Shown here in pieces: positions 35,528 through 45,749 of a stretch of 64,000 bases of DNA; within the stretch, counting starts at the first letter, position 1; the number at the start of each line of letters is the position of its first letter. The notes under the pieces were generated by a model. The model was given only the letters and a program-made list of their open reading frames with translations. It ran no database searches and had not been told where the DNA came from. The position numbers were made by a program, and so were the translations under genes. Source of the DNA: a bacterium ADurb.Bin243 (lineage in GTDB: Bacteria; Muiribacteriota; UBA9980); NCBI GenBank assembly GCA_002069765.1, contig MWBZ01000015.1, forward strand, positions 7,579 to 71,578, in the 5' to 3' direction.

Positions 35528-36361
35528 TTAAAGCGCGCTTAATATCCTGTCTTCTTCGATGGTTATCCTGCGTTCCTTATAAAGGCTGCCTATGGCCTTT
35601 TTGAATGTGAGCTTGCTCATTTTGAGCTTTTGCTTGATTAACTCCGGAGGGCTTTTATCGCCGAGCTTAAGCGTGCCGCCGCTTTCAAGAAGCATCTCCA
35701 TGATCCTGCTTTTCGCCGTTTCGATTTCATCGCGGCCGCTTTTTCTGAGCGTAAGGTCTATCTTTTTATCTTCCCTTATTTTCTTAACGTAACCGGTGAG
35801 CCTGTCGCCTATATTCAGTTTTTCGAACATATCGCTTTCGTAAACGATGCCCGCGTATTTATCGTTAATTATGGCCACTACGCCGTTCTGGACGATGCGG
35901 CATACCATAAGGCTCACCTGCTGGCCTTCTTTTAAGCCGATATCTTTCTTTTCGATAAATTTATCGAATTTAGCCGAAGCCACCAGCCTTTTAGACGCTT
36001 TGTCGAGCGACACGTAAACCACGCACTTATGGCCGGGTTTGAGCTCGCGCGGCGCCTCGGCATACGGCAGGAGCAGATTTTTTTCGAGCCCCCAGTCGAG
36101 AAAAATGCCGGAATCGTTAACGTCGCGGACGCACAGGCACGCGAACTCTCCAGCTTTCGCCAGCGGCTTCAGGGTGGTGGCTATAGGCCTGTCTTCCGAG
36201 TCTTTATACACGAAAACCTCTATGGAATCTCCTTCTTTAAGGTCTTCAGGTGCGTATTTTGCCGGAAGCAGAATGTTGGATTGCTCTCCCGAATCCAGAT
36301 AAAAGCCGAAATCGACTTTATGGTTTACTTTAAGGGTGTTGTAATCGCCGATTTTTAACAA
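35528..36361 (-). CDS. CvfB/YitL family S1-domain RNA-binding protein
   Basis: Tandem S1-like domains (MLKIGDYNTLKVNHKVDFGFYLD ... KPGHKCVVYVSLD) and a C-terminal winged-helix-like tail. Confidence 0.7.
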   Translation of the reverse strand: MLKIGDYNTLKVNHKVDFGFYLDSGEQSNILLPAKYAPEDLKEGDSIEVFVYKDSEDRPIATTLKPLAKAGEFACLCVRDVNDSGIFLDWGLEKNLLLPYAEAPRELKPGHKCVVYVSLDKASKRLVASAKFDKFIEKKDIGLKEGQQVSLMVCRIVQNGVVAIINDKYAGIVYESDMFEKLNIGDRLTGYVKKIREDKKIDLTLRKSGRDEIETAKSRIMEMLLESGGTLKLGDKSPPELIKQKLKMSKLTFKKAIGSLYKERRITIEEDRILSAL

Positions 36362-36400
36362 TTTGATTCTCCCGTTTTACTTATTGGTAACGATTTTTAT

Positions 36401-37252
36401 TTAATTAGATATTCTTCCGGTTTTTTTAGTGGATTTAAACTGCGCGATCTTCTCTTCGAGCGTTTTTAAAATTCCTTCGGTTTCAGGCGTTCCGGCAAGC
36501 CCGACCGCCTTTTGAAACGCCGCGGCAGCTTCGGACGTTTTGCCGCTCTTATGCAGCATGCAGCCGGTCAAATAAAATTTTTCGATTTCTTCCATGCTGT
36601 CGTCCGACTGGAAATTCAGACACTTCGCGGCGGCTTCGAGCTCGCCGAGAGCCACGTGGCAAAGCGCCTTTTTAAGCATGAGCCCGTAGTAATCGCGCCC
36701 GGTTTTTTCGCCGGGAGTATTCAAAGCGCCGTCGAGCCTGGCAAGAGCGCTTTTATAATCCGCGCCGTCGATATCTATTATGGCGAGATTGAAAATAGCG
36801 GAAATGTTGCCCGGCTCTATTTTAAGGGCTTCTTTGAACATTTCAGAAGCGAGGTCGCGCCTGTTTTCGATCATGTAAATAGCGCCCGAATTAAGATAGG
36901 GCTCGAACCTTTTTTCGTCCATGCGCATTGAAACTTTATAATATTTAAGGGCCTCTTTGAGCGCGCCTTTCATCTGATAGGTATAAGCCAGATTATATAT
37001 CGCCGCGAAGTTTTTATTATCGAGCAGATATGCGCGCGAATAGGCCGAAATCGCCGAGTCGTAATCGCCGGAGCGTGAAGCCATATCGCCTATTTCGAGA
37101 TTAATCGCGACTTCTTCCGAGTCGAAAGGAACCATTTTAGATATTCCGCCCTCTTCGGCCGAAAGCGGCGCGCCAAGCGCCAGAGCCATTACACATGCAG
37201 CTATGGAAGAAGAAATTTTTTTGAAAAAAACGGTCGTGCTTTTCATCGTCAT
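36401..37252 (-). CDS. Secreted TPR-repeat protein
   Basis: Signal peptide. Several TPR-like repeats (AxxYYxLAxxYxxxGxxxEA). Confidence 0.65.
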   Translation of the reverse strand: MTMKSTTVFFKKISSSIAACVMALALGAPLSAEEGGISKMVPFDSEEVAINLEIGDMASRSGDYDSAISAYSRAYLLDNKNFAAIYNLAYTYQMKGALKEALKYYKVSMRMDEKRFEPYLNSGAIYMIENRRDLASEMFKEALKIEPGNISAIFNLAIIDIDGADYKSALARLDGALNTPGEKTGRDYYGLMLKKALCHVALGELEAAAKCLNFQSDDSMEEIEKFYLTGCMLHKSGKTSEAAAAFQKAVGLAGTPETEGILKTLEEKIAQFKSTKKTGRISN

Positions 37253-37409
37253 TTTTTGCCCCTTAAAAAAAATTCAAAGCATTTATTTGCTTTAAAATGC
37301 TTTGAAAAATAAATATTAATTTTTATAGCTTTATTACGGACATCATTTAATCTTTTCGTAAAACCGGTTACCCGCGAACTTTATAATACTTATGCCGCGC
37401 GGCGGCCGG

Positions 37410-38363
37410 TTAAATCCCTGCGGGAGCGATAGCCTTTATGGTAACGGGCGTTCCGGCGCGAACCAGCTTATAAAGCTCGATCGAGTCCTGCGAATACATT
37501 CTGACGCAGCCGTGCGATGCCTTCGAACCTATAGAATCGGGCCAGGGCGTGCCGTGGATGCCGATGCCGCTCCATTTGGTTTCGAGCCACATTCCGCGGG
37601 TTGCCACTGGATCGTATGCGCGTACGTCTTTGTAGCCTATTTTAAAATTGCCTTCGGGGGTCCTGCTGTCGCCCTGGGCCTGCTTGTTTTTTCCGTCAGG
37701 GTTTCCGCCGTATGCAATAGGATACGCGCGAACAGGTTTATCGTTTAAATAAACCGTGAGAGTATATGTTTTCTTATCGACGATTATCTTTGTAAGCGCA
37801 GGGTTCTGCTGGAGCGTTTTATATTCAGGCGAAAGTTTGGCGAGGTTGCGGTAGGTTAAGTACGCCTTTTTAAATTCGTCGTATGAGGCTTTATTGCGAA
37901 GTTTGGTATAAGCGGCGTAGGTGGTTTTAAAGCTTTCATAGGCGGCTTCTAAGGCTTCTTTGGAATAAACCGTTTCGGCGAGAAGGTTTTTGTCGGTAGT
38001 GGTGACGAACTGTTTGGAAATCCAGCCGGTGGTGCCGTCTTCGAATTTAGCCTTTAAGAACCCGTTTTTTTCTTCTAATATCTGAAGGCGCGAACCGTAT
38101 AAAACGTCGTGAATGGCTTTTTCATTGGTAGAAGGGCCTTTTCTTACCTTTACCCCGTGCCCGGTCACCGCGCCTGTTTTAATTGCCGCGGCTTCGGCCG
38201 GAGCTTTTTGCTGGCCGGCAACCGATATTTCCGAAGTGGCGAGGTTTTGTTTTATGGCGGTTATAGACGACTGTGCGGCGGCCGTTCCGGCGGAAGATAA
38301 AACCGCGGCAGCGAGCAATACTGCGATAAAAGATAAATTCAGAAGCTTTTTCATACTACTCAC
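37410..38363 (-). CDS. L,D-transpeptidase (YkuD family)
   Basis: Catalytic motif GIGIHGTPWPDSIGSKASHGCVRM. Signal peptide. Confidence 0.8.
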   Translation of the reverse strand: MSSMKKLLNLSFIAVLLAAAVLSSAGTAAAQSSITAIKQNLATSEISVAGQQKAPAEAAAIKTGAVTGHGVKVRKGPSTNEKAIHDVLYGSRLQILEEKNGFLKAKFEDGTTGWISKQFVTTTDKNLLAETVYSKEALEAAYESFKTTYAAYTKLRNKASYDEFKKAYLTYRNLAKLSPEYKTLQQNPALTKIIVDKKTYTLTVYLNDKPVRAYPIAYGGNPDGKNKQAQGDSRTPEGNFKIGYKDVRAYDPVATRGMWLETKWSGIGIHGTPWPDSIGSKASHGCVRMYSQDSIELYKLVRAGTPVTIKAIAPAGI

Positions 38364-38524
38364 CTCTATAAAAATTATAATTATTTTTTCAGCTTACCTG
38401 ATAATTATACTACAATTTTTAAAGTTTGTGCCACAATTTTTTCGTCTTTTTAAAAATAGTTAAAGCCGGATAAAAACCCGGCTTTAACTTATCGGATATT
38501 TTCAAGCTGTCGAGCTTAAATTAA

Positions 38525-39226
38525 TTATTTGGTAGGAGCAGGCTGTTCGGGCATTTTCATTTCCTGAGCGCCTTCGGGTTTTTTAAACGTGGAATCGTCG
38601 ACGGCTTCGAATTTCCAGTCTGAATATGTCATTTCGCTTACAAGTTCGCCTTTTTCATTGAAGGTATTCATTTTAACCATGAGCATATCTTTAGGGTTAA
38701 CGGTGGAAACTACTTTCATTTTTGTAGCTGCATCGGTGAAGGTATAGGTGACGTTTTCGCCGTCTTTGCCTTCTACGTATTCGATGTCTTTCTTTAAGTC
38801 CGTCGGTGAAGGAGGAACGGGCATAGTCATTATCATGTTAGCGGCTTCCATGTAGTTCCAGGCGATTTCGCCGTCGACTACCATTCTGGTTTTCTGGCCG
38901 GCAACTTCGCTGTCCATTCTATAATGTTTAGCGTCTTTGAAATACGCTTTTGTTTTTGAAACGAATTCCTGGCCGTTCATTTTCGTTTTAACTTCCATCG
39001 AGAAGGTAACGTTTGCGGTCATTTTTTCATAAGCTTTCGTAAGGGTTTCGGGGATTTTGCTGTCGCCGGCTTTAGCTTCGGCCGCGGGTTTAGCGTCTGC
39101 CGCGGGAGCGGCTTCGACTGCGGGTTTGGTTTCGGGAGCGGGAGCGGCGGCTTCCTGAGCGAGAACGGGAGCGGCCATCATGGATAAAGCTAACAATACT
39201 GAAAGGATAGAAGCGGACTTTTTCAT
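38525..39226 (-). CDS. Secreted hypothetical protein (LolA-like fold possible)
   Basis: Signal peptide with an Ala/Pro-rich linker. No definitive motif found. Confidence 0.45.
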   Translation of the reverse strand: MKKSASILSVLLALSMMAAPVLAQEAAAPAPETKPAVEAAPAADAKPAAEAKAGDSKIPETLTKAYEKMTANVTFSMEVKTKMNGQEFVSKTKAYFKDAKHYRMDSEVAGQKTRMVVDGEIAWNYMEAANMIMTMPVPPSPTDLKKDIEYVEGKDGENVTYTFTDAATKMKVVSTVNPKDMLMVKMNTFNEKGELVSEMTYSDWKFEAVDDSTFKKPEGAQEMKMPEQPAPTK

Positions 39227-39346
39227 AATACCTCCAAAAAATTTTAGTTACCGATGAAAAAATGATAACATTTTAAAAAATTTTTTTCAATTAAAATTTT
39301 TAATCTTTTAGACCGCATACTTAAAAAAATACAAAAAAAAGATTGA

Positions 39347-39375
39347 TTGATTTATTCGGTCCATTATTGTATAAT
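39347..39375 (+). promoter_or_regulatory. Sigma70-type promoter upstream of the helicase
   Basis: TTGATT (39347-39352), 17-nt spacer, TATAAT (39370-39375). Confidence 0.55.
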
Positions 39376-39455
39376 ATAAAGTTAAATAGCCCATAATAGA
39401 TTCGAAACAAAAACGAACGTTACAGGTAATAAGGTATGAATGGAGAACATTTTTA

Positions 39456-41741
39456 ATGCAGTATAAGGATTTTACGTTAGACGATTTTCAGGTCCAGGCG
39501 CTCGAAGCCATAGACAATCAACACACTGTGATAGTCTGCGCGCCTACCGGCTCCGGTAAAACTCTCGTGGCCGAATACATAATAGACAAATGCATCAGGG
39601 AAAACGCCGAAGTCATATACACTGCGCCAATCAAGGCGCTTTCAAACCAGAAATACCGCGACTTCAAAGCCGCCTACGGCGACAAAGTAGGAATCATCAC
39701 CGGCGACGTCGTAATCAACCAGAACGCGCCCTGCCTTATAATGACCACCGAAATTTTCAGAAACATAGTTTACGACGATCCGCAACGGCTCACTCACGTT
39801 AAATACGTCATATTCGACGAAATACATTTCATAGAGGACCCGCGCCGCGGAACGGTCTGGGAAGAGAGCATAATGCTCGCCCCAAAACATATAAGATTTT
39901 TAAGCCTGTCCGCGACCATCGCCAACGTAGAAGAGCTAGCCGCATGGATGCAGTCGATACGCGGCCACGAAGTTTCGATAGTGCTTCACACCATAAGGCC
40001 CGTGCCGCTCGAGTCATTCGTTTATATAGACGGCGGCAACAAGGCTTTTCCGCTGAAAAATCTCAACAACGCTCTTTCATACGCCAATTCCATAGCCGAC
40101 AGAAAAAAACAGCTCATCGCTTCGGGGGCGACTCTCGAACAGCAGCGCACCGGGCTTCCTATTTTCGAGTATTTAAAAGGCAGGGAGCTTATCCCTACGC
40201 TCTGCTTCAGCTTTTCTCGCAAAACATGCGAAAAGAAAGCTTTTTTCTATAAATATATGAATCTTCTCACGCCCGAGGAATCGGCGGAGGCCGTTAAAAT
40301 ATACGACGAGCATATCGCGCGCTTCAACCTTCAAAACTACCTTTCCAGCCAGAATTTAAGAAGGCTCGTAGAGCACGGAACCGCTTTTCACCACGCCGGA
40401 ATGCTCCCGCCGCAAAAAGATATAGTCGAAATACTGTTTTCTAAAAATTTAATCAAATTGCTCTTCGCCACCGAAACTTTCGCAGTGGGCATCAATATGC
40501 CCGCACGCACGGTTGTTTTCGACGGCCTCGAAAAAAACGACGGCGTCTCTTTCCGCTACCTCAAATCGCATGAATACCAGCAAATGTCCGGCCGCGCGGG
40601 CCGTCGCGGAATAGATCCTAAAGGCTTCGTTTACGCGCTGATCGACCCGAAATTTTATAACTACGCCGAGGTCCGCAAAACCCTTACCGGCAAGATCGAG
40701 CCGCTGAAAAGCCAGTTCGCTTTTTCATATTCGAGCATACTCAATCTTTACGCCGACCGCGACCGCGATCAGATCATCGAATTGTGCCATAAATCCTTCG
40801 GCTACTTCCAGATGAAAAATATCATCCAGAGCAAAATCGACCGGATCAAAACTATAGAAAAAAGCTTCGATACGATCGACTGCCAGCTGCCACAGCCGCG
40901 CAAAACGCTCGTGCAATACGTGGAAAACCTCAAAGACATGGAAGCGCACAAGCGAAATTTCAACGACCTGAAAAGGTCTCTCCGAAAAACCAGGCCCGAA
41001 GAGCACGCCGGAATCCGCTCCCAGATGCATCAGGCCCAAAACGACATGAACTTCATGCGTCGCGACATGAAGCGGCTCAAATGCTCGCACTGCCATTACA
41101 ACGCCAACTGCATAGCGCTGGCCGACGGTTACGTGCAGGCCAAAGAAGACCTTTACGAAATCAGCAATTACATGGGCTTCGACCTTGATGAAAAGTTTTC
41201 GTTTCTAGAAGCCATCGGTTACGTAGATAAAGAAAAGCTTCTGCCCAGGGGCGAGTTCGCCTCGCAGATATTCGGCTACGAAATACACGCCACGGAGCTT
41301 TATTTCGAAGGCTATATCAGCCGGCTCACAGAGGACGAGCTCAACGCCGTAATATGCGGGATCGTTTTCGAAAATAAAACCCGCGCCGCCTACACGATTT
41401 CCAACCGCGAGTTAAAGCATGTCCTGCGCGAATTCAGGCTCAAGATAGACGACATGGTAAGAATAGAGCTCCAGCACTGCAAATTCGGCAGCGTCAAGCC
41501 GCTCGAAAACGCCATGGCGGAAACGGCCTACCGCTGGAGCGCCGGCGCCACGTTCAAAGAAATAACGTCCAGCCAGACGCTGCTGCTGGAAGGCGATCTC
41601 ATAAGGCTTTTCAGAAATTGCGTCGATTTGTTGAGGCAGCTGAGGCGCACATTGGTGCAGGACCCGTCGGCGTTCGCCAAAATAGAGTCATGCCTCAAGA
41701 AAATGAACCGCGACGTGGTAGACGCAGAGCAATATTTCTAA
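39456..41741 (+). CDS. Ski2/Mtr4/HelY-like DExH-box RNA helicase
   Basis: Walker A VCAPTGSGKTLVAEY, DEIHF box, SAT motif, and a conserved downstream HHAGMLP region. A C-terminal region follows, as in Ski2-family helicases. Confidence 0.8.
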   Translation: MQYKDFTLDDFQVQALEAIDNQHTVIVCAPTGSGKTLVAEYIIDKCIRENAEVIYTAPIKALSNQKYRDFKAAYGDKVGIITGDVVINQNAPCLIMTTEIFRNIVYDDPQRLTHVKYVIFDEIHFIEDPRRGTVWEESIMLAPKHIRFLSLSATIANVEELAAWMQSIRGHEVSIVLHTIRPVPLESFVYIDGGNKAFPLKNLNNALSYANSIADRKKQLIASGATLEQQRTGLPIFEYLKGRELIPTLCFSFSRKTCEKKAFFYKYMNLLTPEESAEAVKIYDEHIARFNLQNYLSSQNLRRLVEHGTAFHHAGMLPPQKDIVEILFSKNLIKLLFATETFAVGINMPARTVVFDGLEKNDGVSFRYLKSHEYQQMSGRAGRRGIDPKGFVYALIDPKFYNYAEVRKTLTGKIEPLKSQFAFSYSSILNLYADRDRDQIIELCHKSFGYFQMKNIIQSKIDRIKTIEKSFDTIDCQLPQPRKTLVQYVENLKDMEAHKRNFNDLKRSLRKTRPEEHAGIRSQMHQAQNDMNFMRRDMKRLKCSHCHYNANCIALADGYVQAKEDLYEISNYMGFDLDEKFSFLEAIGYVDKEKLLPRGEFASQIFGYEIHATELYFEGYISRLTEDELNAVICGIVFENKTRAAYTISNRELKHVLREFRLKIDDMVRIELQHCKFGSVKPLENAMAETAYRWSAGATFKEITSSQTLLLEGDLIRLFRNCVDLLRQLRRTLVQDPSAFAKIESCLKKMNRDVVDAEQYF

Positions 41742-41768
41742 ATTATCGCAGGCATAAAAAATAAATAT

Positions 41769-42842
41769 ATGAAAATATCAAGAAAAATAACCGTTTATAT
41801 TCTCTATTTAATCGCGGCCGCGATAGTTCTGGCCGCCGCCGCGGTTCTCGCGTTCCCGCCGGAAGCCTTCTGCGGCGGTCTCGAGCAGCTCGACGGCCTT
41901 AAAGAGGCGCGCGATAAAATGCGCGTCATAAAAGAAAAGCGCTTCCGCGAAGGCGAATCCAAACAATACAGGCGTTCGAGGCCTACCGGGCCGCTGGATT
42001 ATTACGATCCGCGCGACGGCGTCAGAGTTATTAAAATAACCGACGGCTGCGTTGAAAAACTCAAAAAATTCCCGGACTCTAAAATGGTAAAGACCGTCTG
42101 CGACTATCTTATCAGGGCCCGCGCGGCGGCGGTGGGCGTTGAAATGCTCTACGACACGCCTTCTTTGATCGACGGCGCCATGATAGATCTTCTGCGCCGC
42201 ACTTCGCGCGTGGCGCTCGCGACGGAAGTCATAATAGACCCCAACAGTTATTATAAAAACTGGGGCGGCCTGCCGCGCGAATTTAACGTTACGCGCCCCT
42301 ATAAAGCGTTCGACGAATCGGCGATGAAAAAGGGGTACGTAAACTTCGACGACTGCGGCGGTTTCGCCAATCTCCGCTGCCGGACGTTTTTAATGAAGAA
42401 CAAAGAGATATATCTTTCCATGCCTCTGATGCTGATGTTCATCAAAGAAGGCGCCGAAGATTTCGATATAATAAAAAACGGCGGAACCGATGAAAACGGC
42501 GATTATAAGTACGGCATAAAATTTAAAAATTTGATAGCGCCGGAAGCTTTCATGCCGGAATGCGCCTATACTTTCGCTTACGATAAATTCAGCGACGTTT
42601 ACGAAAAAGCTTCGCGCTTTATCAAATCGCCCGACCCGCTCGCGCTTCCGGTTTCTTACCGCGACAGGATCGTAATGATAGGCGACGGCACTAAAAACGC
42701 AAAAACATACGTTTTAAACTTTACCGACGTAAAAAATATAGATATTATAGCCAACTGCATAGTCGAAATATATAACGCCAACGCGGCGGCGCGTTTCGAC
42801 AGAAAAAAAGGCGAAACTGACGGAAGTGGTGAAAACAGATGA
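41769..42842 (+). CDS. Membrane-anchored hypothetical protein
   Basis: One N-terminal TM helix and no motifs I recognise. Its stop overlaps the exonuclease start (ATGA). Confidence 0.5.
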   Translation: MKISRKITVYILYLIAAAIVLAAAAVLAFPPEAFCGGLEQLDGLKEARDKMRVIKEKRFREGESKQYRRSRPTGPLDYYDPRDGVRVIKITDGCVEKLKKFPDSKMVKTVCDYLIRARAAAVGVEMLYDTPSLIDGAMIDLLRRTSRVALATEVIIDPNSYYKNWGGLPREFNVTRPYKAFDESAMKKGYVNFDDCGGFANLRCRTFLMKNKEIYLSMPLMLMFIKEGAEDFDIIKNGGTDENGDYKYGIKFKNLIAPEAFMPECAYTFAYDKFSDVYEKASRFIKSPDPLALPVSYRDRIVMIGDGTKNAKTYVLNFTDVKNIDIIANCIVEIYNANAAARFDRKKGETDGSGENR

Positions 42843-43633
42843 TAACCGACGATGAGATAATTAAAAAGCGAAAAAACCTCGGCAAAGAAAAGCATTCGCT
42901 GGACCCGCTTTATAATATTTTAAAAACCGAAAGGCAGGACGGGGTCAGCGCCGAATTCATTGTGGAGACGATAATGAAAATGAAGGGCGTCAAAGGCCCG
43001 CTTTCAATAAAAATGGCCGAAACGCATATAGGCGACGATCCGCGCTTCAGGTTCGCGGGCGGCGTCTGCCGGCTGAAAGAAGCGCCCCGCGGGGCGGAGC
43101 TTTTCAACGCGCCTTCTTATTGCGCCGTAGATATAGAAACCACCGGGCTTTCTCCTAAAAACGACGCCATAATAGAAATAGCCGCCGTAAAAATCGTTGA
43201 TAATCAACTCTGTGGAACTTTTTCAAAACTCGTAAACCCGGGCGTCCCTATCAGCGAAGAAATAACCAAGATAAACGGCATAACCAACGCCATGGTCGAA
43301 AACGCGTCCCCCATAGACGAAGTGATGCCCGAATTCCTGGATTTTTTAGGCGATTCCGTCTTCGTGGCGCATAACGCCGCCTTCGATATTTCATTCATCA
43401 ACGAGGCGCTTTACCGCAAATATTACCAGAAAATGATAAACCCCATAATCTGCACGCTCAAGCTGGCTAAAATGCTCTATCCCAACTTCGAGTCGCATTC
43501 GCTCGGTTCGGTGGCGCAGAAGCTTAAAATATCCATGACGGCCCACCACAGGGCGCTTTCAGACGCCGACGCTTGCGCTAAAATGCTCGTCAATTTCCTC
43601 AAAGTCATTAAAAGCGGGGCGAATAAAAATTGA
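42839..43633 (+). CDS. DEDDh 3'-5' exonuclease (DnaQ/epsilon-like) with ~90-aa N-terminal extension
   Basis: Exo I motif VDIETTG, Exo II motif FVAHNAAFDISF, Exo III motif HRALSDADA. Confidence 0.8.
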   Translation: MITDDEIIKKRKNLGKEKHSLDPLYNILKTERQDGVSAEFIVETIMKMKGVKGPLSIKMAETHIGDDPRFRFAGGVCRLKEAPRGAELFNAPSYCAVDIETTGLSPKNDAIIEIAAVKIVDNQLCGTFSKLVNPGVPISEEITKINGITNAMVENASPIDEVMPEFLDFLGDSVFVAHNAAFDISFINEALYRKYYQKMINPIICTLKLAKMLYPNFESHSLGSVAQKLKISMTAHHRALSDADACAKMLVNFLKVIKSGANKN

Positions 43634-44571
43634 ATTCCGAAAAAAGCTCTAAAATAATATCGGCGTTGATCGAAAACATAGAAAAAACCGTCCGCGGCAA
43701 GCGCGAAGCCATAATTCTTTCGCTCACGGGCCTTCTCGCAAAATCGCACGTGCTTATAGAAGACATTCCCGGCATAGGCAAAACCACGCTGGCCATGGCG
43801 CTCGCCCGCTCCATAAACGCGGATTTCAGGCGCATACAGATGACGGCCGACATGCTGCCGGCCGATATAATCGGCGGCCTGGTGTTCAACCCTAAAACGC
43901 AGGAATTCGAAGTCCGTTTCGGTCCGATTTGCGCCAATATAGTTTTATGCGACGAAATCAACCGCTCCACTCCGCGCACGCAGTCGGCGCTTTTAGAGTG
44001 CATGGCCGAATCGCGCGTAACCATAGACCGCCAGACGCTCGAGCTCGGCGAGCCGTTCATGGTGATAGCCACGCAGAACCCCATGGAGTACGAAGGCTGC
44101 TATATGCTCGGCGAGTCGCAAAAAGACCGCTTCATAGTATCTTTCAAGATGGGCTATCCGGATTATGAAAACGAAAAAAATATAATAAAAACGCATAACG
44201 ACGTAAAAATCAACGACTCCGAAATAAAAGCCGTGGCCGGCATAGAAGACATATTGTTCCTGCAGACCGAAACTGCTTCGATAAAGGCGTCCGACAGCGT
44301 TCTGGATTACATCATGAATATAGTCAAGCAAACCCGGAAAGATTCGCGCGTGGCGATAGGCGCCTCCACCCGAGGAGCGATCATGCTTAAAATAGCCGGC
44401 GCCGCTTTTGCGCTTATATCGGGCCGCGATCACATAATATACGACGATATCAAATATATGGCGCCCTTCGTTCTGGCCCACAGGATCGAGCCGGCTTCCG
44501 AATACGCCATGGACCGCGATATGGCGGTAAATATAATAAAAGACTGCCTGGACAACGTCGCCGTGGAATAA
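43630..44571 (+). CDS. MoxR-family AAA+ ATPase
   Basis: Motifs HVLIEDIPGIGKTTLA and ATQNPMEYEG...DRF are typical MoxR. TTG start overlaps the upstream stop. Confidence 0.85.
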   Translation: MNSEKSSKIISALIENIEKTVRGKREAIILSLTGLLAKSHVLIEDIPGIGKTTLAMALARSINADFRRIQMTADMLPADIIGGLVFNPKTQEFEVRFGPICANIVLCDEINRSTPRTQSALLECMAESRVTIDRQTLELGEPFMVIATQNPMEYEGCYMLGESQKDRFIVSFKMGYPDYENEKNIIKTHNDVKINDSEIKAVAGIEDILFLQTETASIKASDSVLDYIMNIVKQTRKDSRVAIGASTRGAIMLKIAGAAFALISGRDHIIYDDIKYMAPFVLAHRIEPASEYAMDRDMAVNIIKDCLDNVAVE

Positions 44572-44579
44572 AGTGAATA

Positions 44580-45704
44580 ATGAATTACCTGCTTTTTTTT
44601 ATCTGGATTTTTTTTCTCGTCAGCGCCTTCAACTCGGCGAACAATTTGTTCTACCTGGTATTTTCGCTTTTCACGGCCTTTTTTGCCGCGCCGGCGCTTA
44701 TCGCCCGCGGCGCGGCGCGCGGGCTTAAAATCAATTTCAAGCCTTCCGGCCCTATTTTTTGCGGCGGCAGCGGCGAATCCGTGGCGGCCGAAATACTCAA
44801 CTGCTCGGGCTCCGAAAAATTCATGCTGGAATTCGAAGCGGCCGATTACCCATCCTACGGCGTCGAAACTTTAAAATTACCGTATCTCGAGCCCGGCTGC
44901 GCCAAAAATATCAAATTCCGCTTCAATTTCAAAAAACGCGGCGCGCTCATATTAAAGCCGTTTACGGTAAAATCCGCAATCCCGCTTTTAATCGGCCGCG
45001 GCGGCTCCGCTTTCGACGCAGGCAGGCACTTTATCGTTTTTCCCGAAATCGCGCCGGTCAGGCTCGGGCAGTTCCGCGGCGGCGCCCGGCGCAGCGCCAG
45101 GAAGTCGGCCTTCAATTCCGACTACGGCGAATTGAGCGAATTCAAAGATTACAGCGCCGGCGACTCTCCGGCCAAGATAAACTGGCGGCACTATTCCGTC
45201 GCTAAAACGCTCATAGTGCCCCAAAACAATGAACGGCTCCGCTCGCAATATTCCATTTTACTGTTATTGCCGCAGGACCACGCGGCAGGCAGCGCGCCCT
45301 ACGAACTCGCTGTCAGCTCCGCCGCCAGCCTCGCCAAGGCCCTTTCCGACAGGCGCGCTTCTTTCAACCTTATCACCGTTTCCGATAAGGTCAAAGCGCT
45401 CTCGTCCAAAAGCGCCACGGCCGAAAAGATGCTTTCGCACCTGGCCCTGCTGGAGCACAACCGCGGCATAAGCCGGGCCGCTCTTTCGCGCGCCGTAAAA
45501 AGCGCCCACGATTCGTCCGGCGTATTCGTAATTTCTTCTCAGAGCTTCGACGGTCTGGATTATTTGAATAAATTCTTCAAAGACAGGCTTCGTAAAATAA
45601 TCATAACGGCGGGGGACGCGGCTACGCCTTCCCCGGCGGCGGCTTCCGGCAGGACCGCCGTAATCGCCTCGCTTGAAAATTTGAGCGGAATCGCTTTAAG
45701 GTAA
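44580..45704 (+). CDS. DUF58 domain protein (MoxR partner)
   Basis: N-terminal TM helices and a DUF58-like motif (SEFKDYSAGDSPAKINWRHYSVAKTLIV). Sits in the canonical position after MoxR. Confidence 0.7.
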   Translation: MNYLLFFIWIFFLVSAFNSANNLFYLVFSLFTAFFAAPALIARGAARGLKINFKPSGPIFCGGSGESVAAEILNCSGSEKFMLEFEAADYPSYGVETLKLPYLEPGCAKNIKFRFNFKKRGALILKPFTVKSAIPLLIGRGGSAFDAGRHFIVFPEIAPVRLGQFRGGARRSARKSAFNSDYGELSEFKDYSAGDSPAKINWRHYSVAKTLIVPQNNERLRSQYSILLLLPQDHAAGSAPYELAVSSAASLAKALSDRRASFNLITVSDKVKALSSKSATAEKMLSHLALLEHNRGISRAALSRAVKSAHDSSGVFVISSQSFDGLDYLNKFFKDRLRKIIITAGDAATPSPAAASGRTAVIASLENLSGIALR

Positions 45705-45749
45705 ACGCTTTCAAAGGCCGCGCGGACGGCCGCGTTAAAACAGGTTATT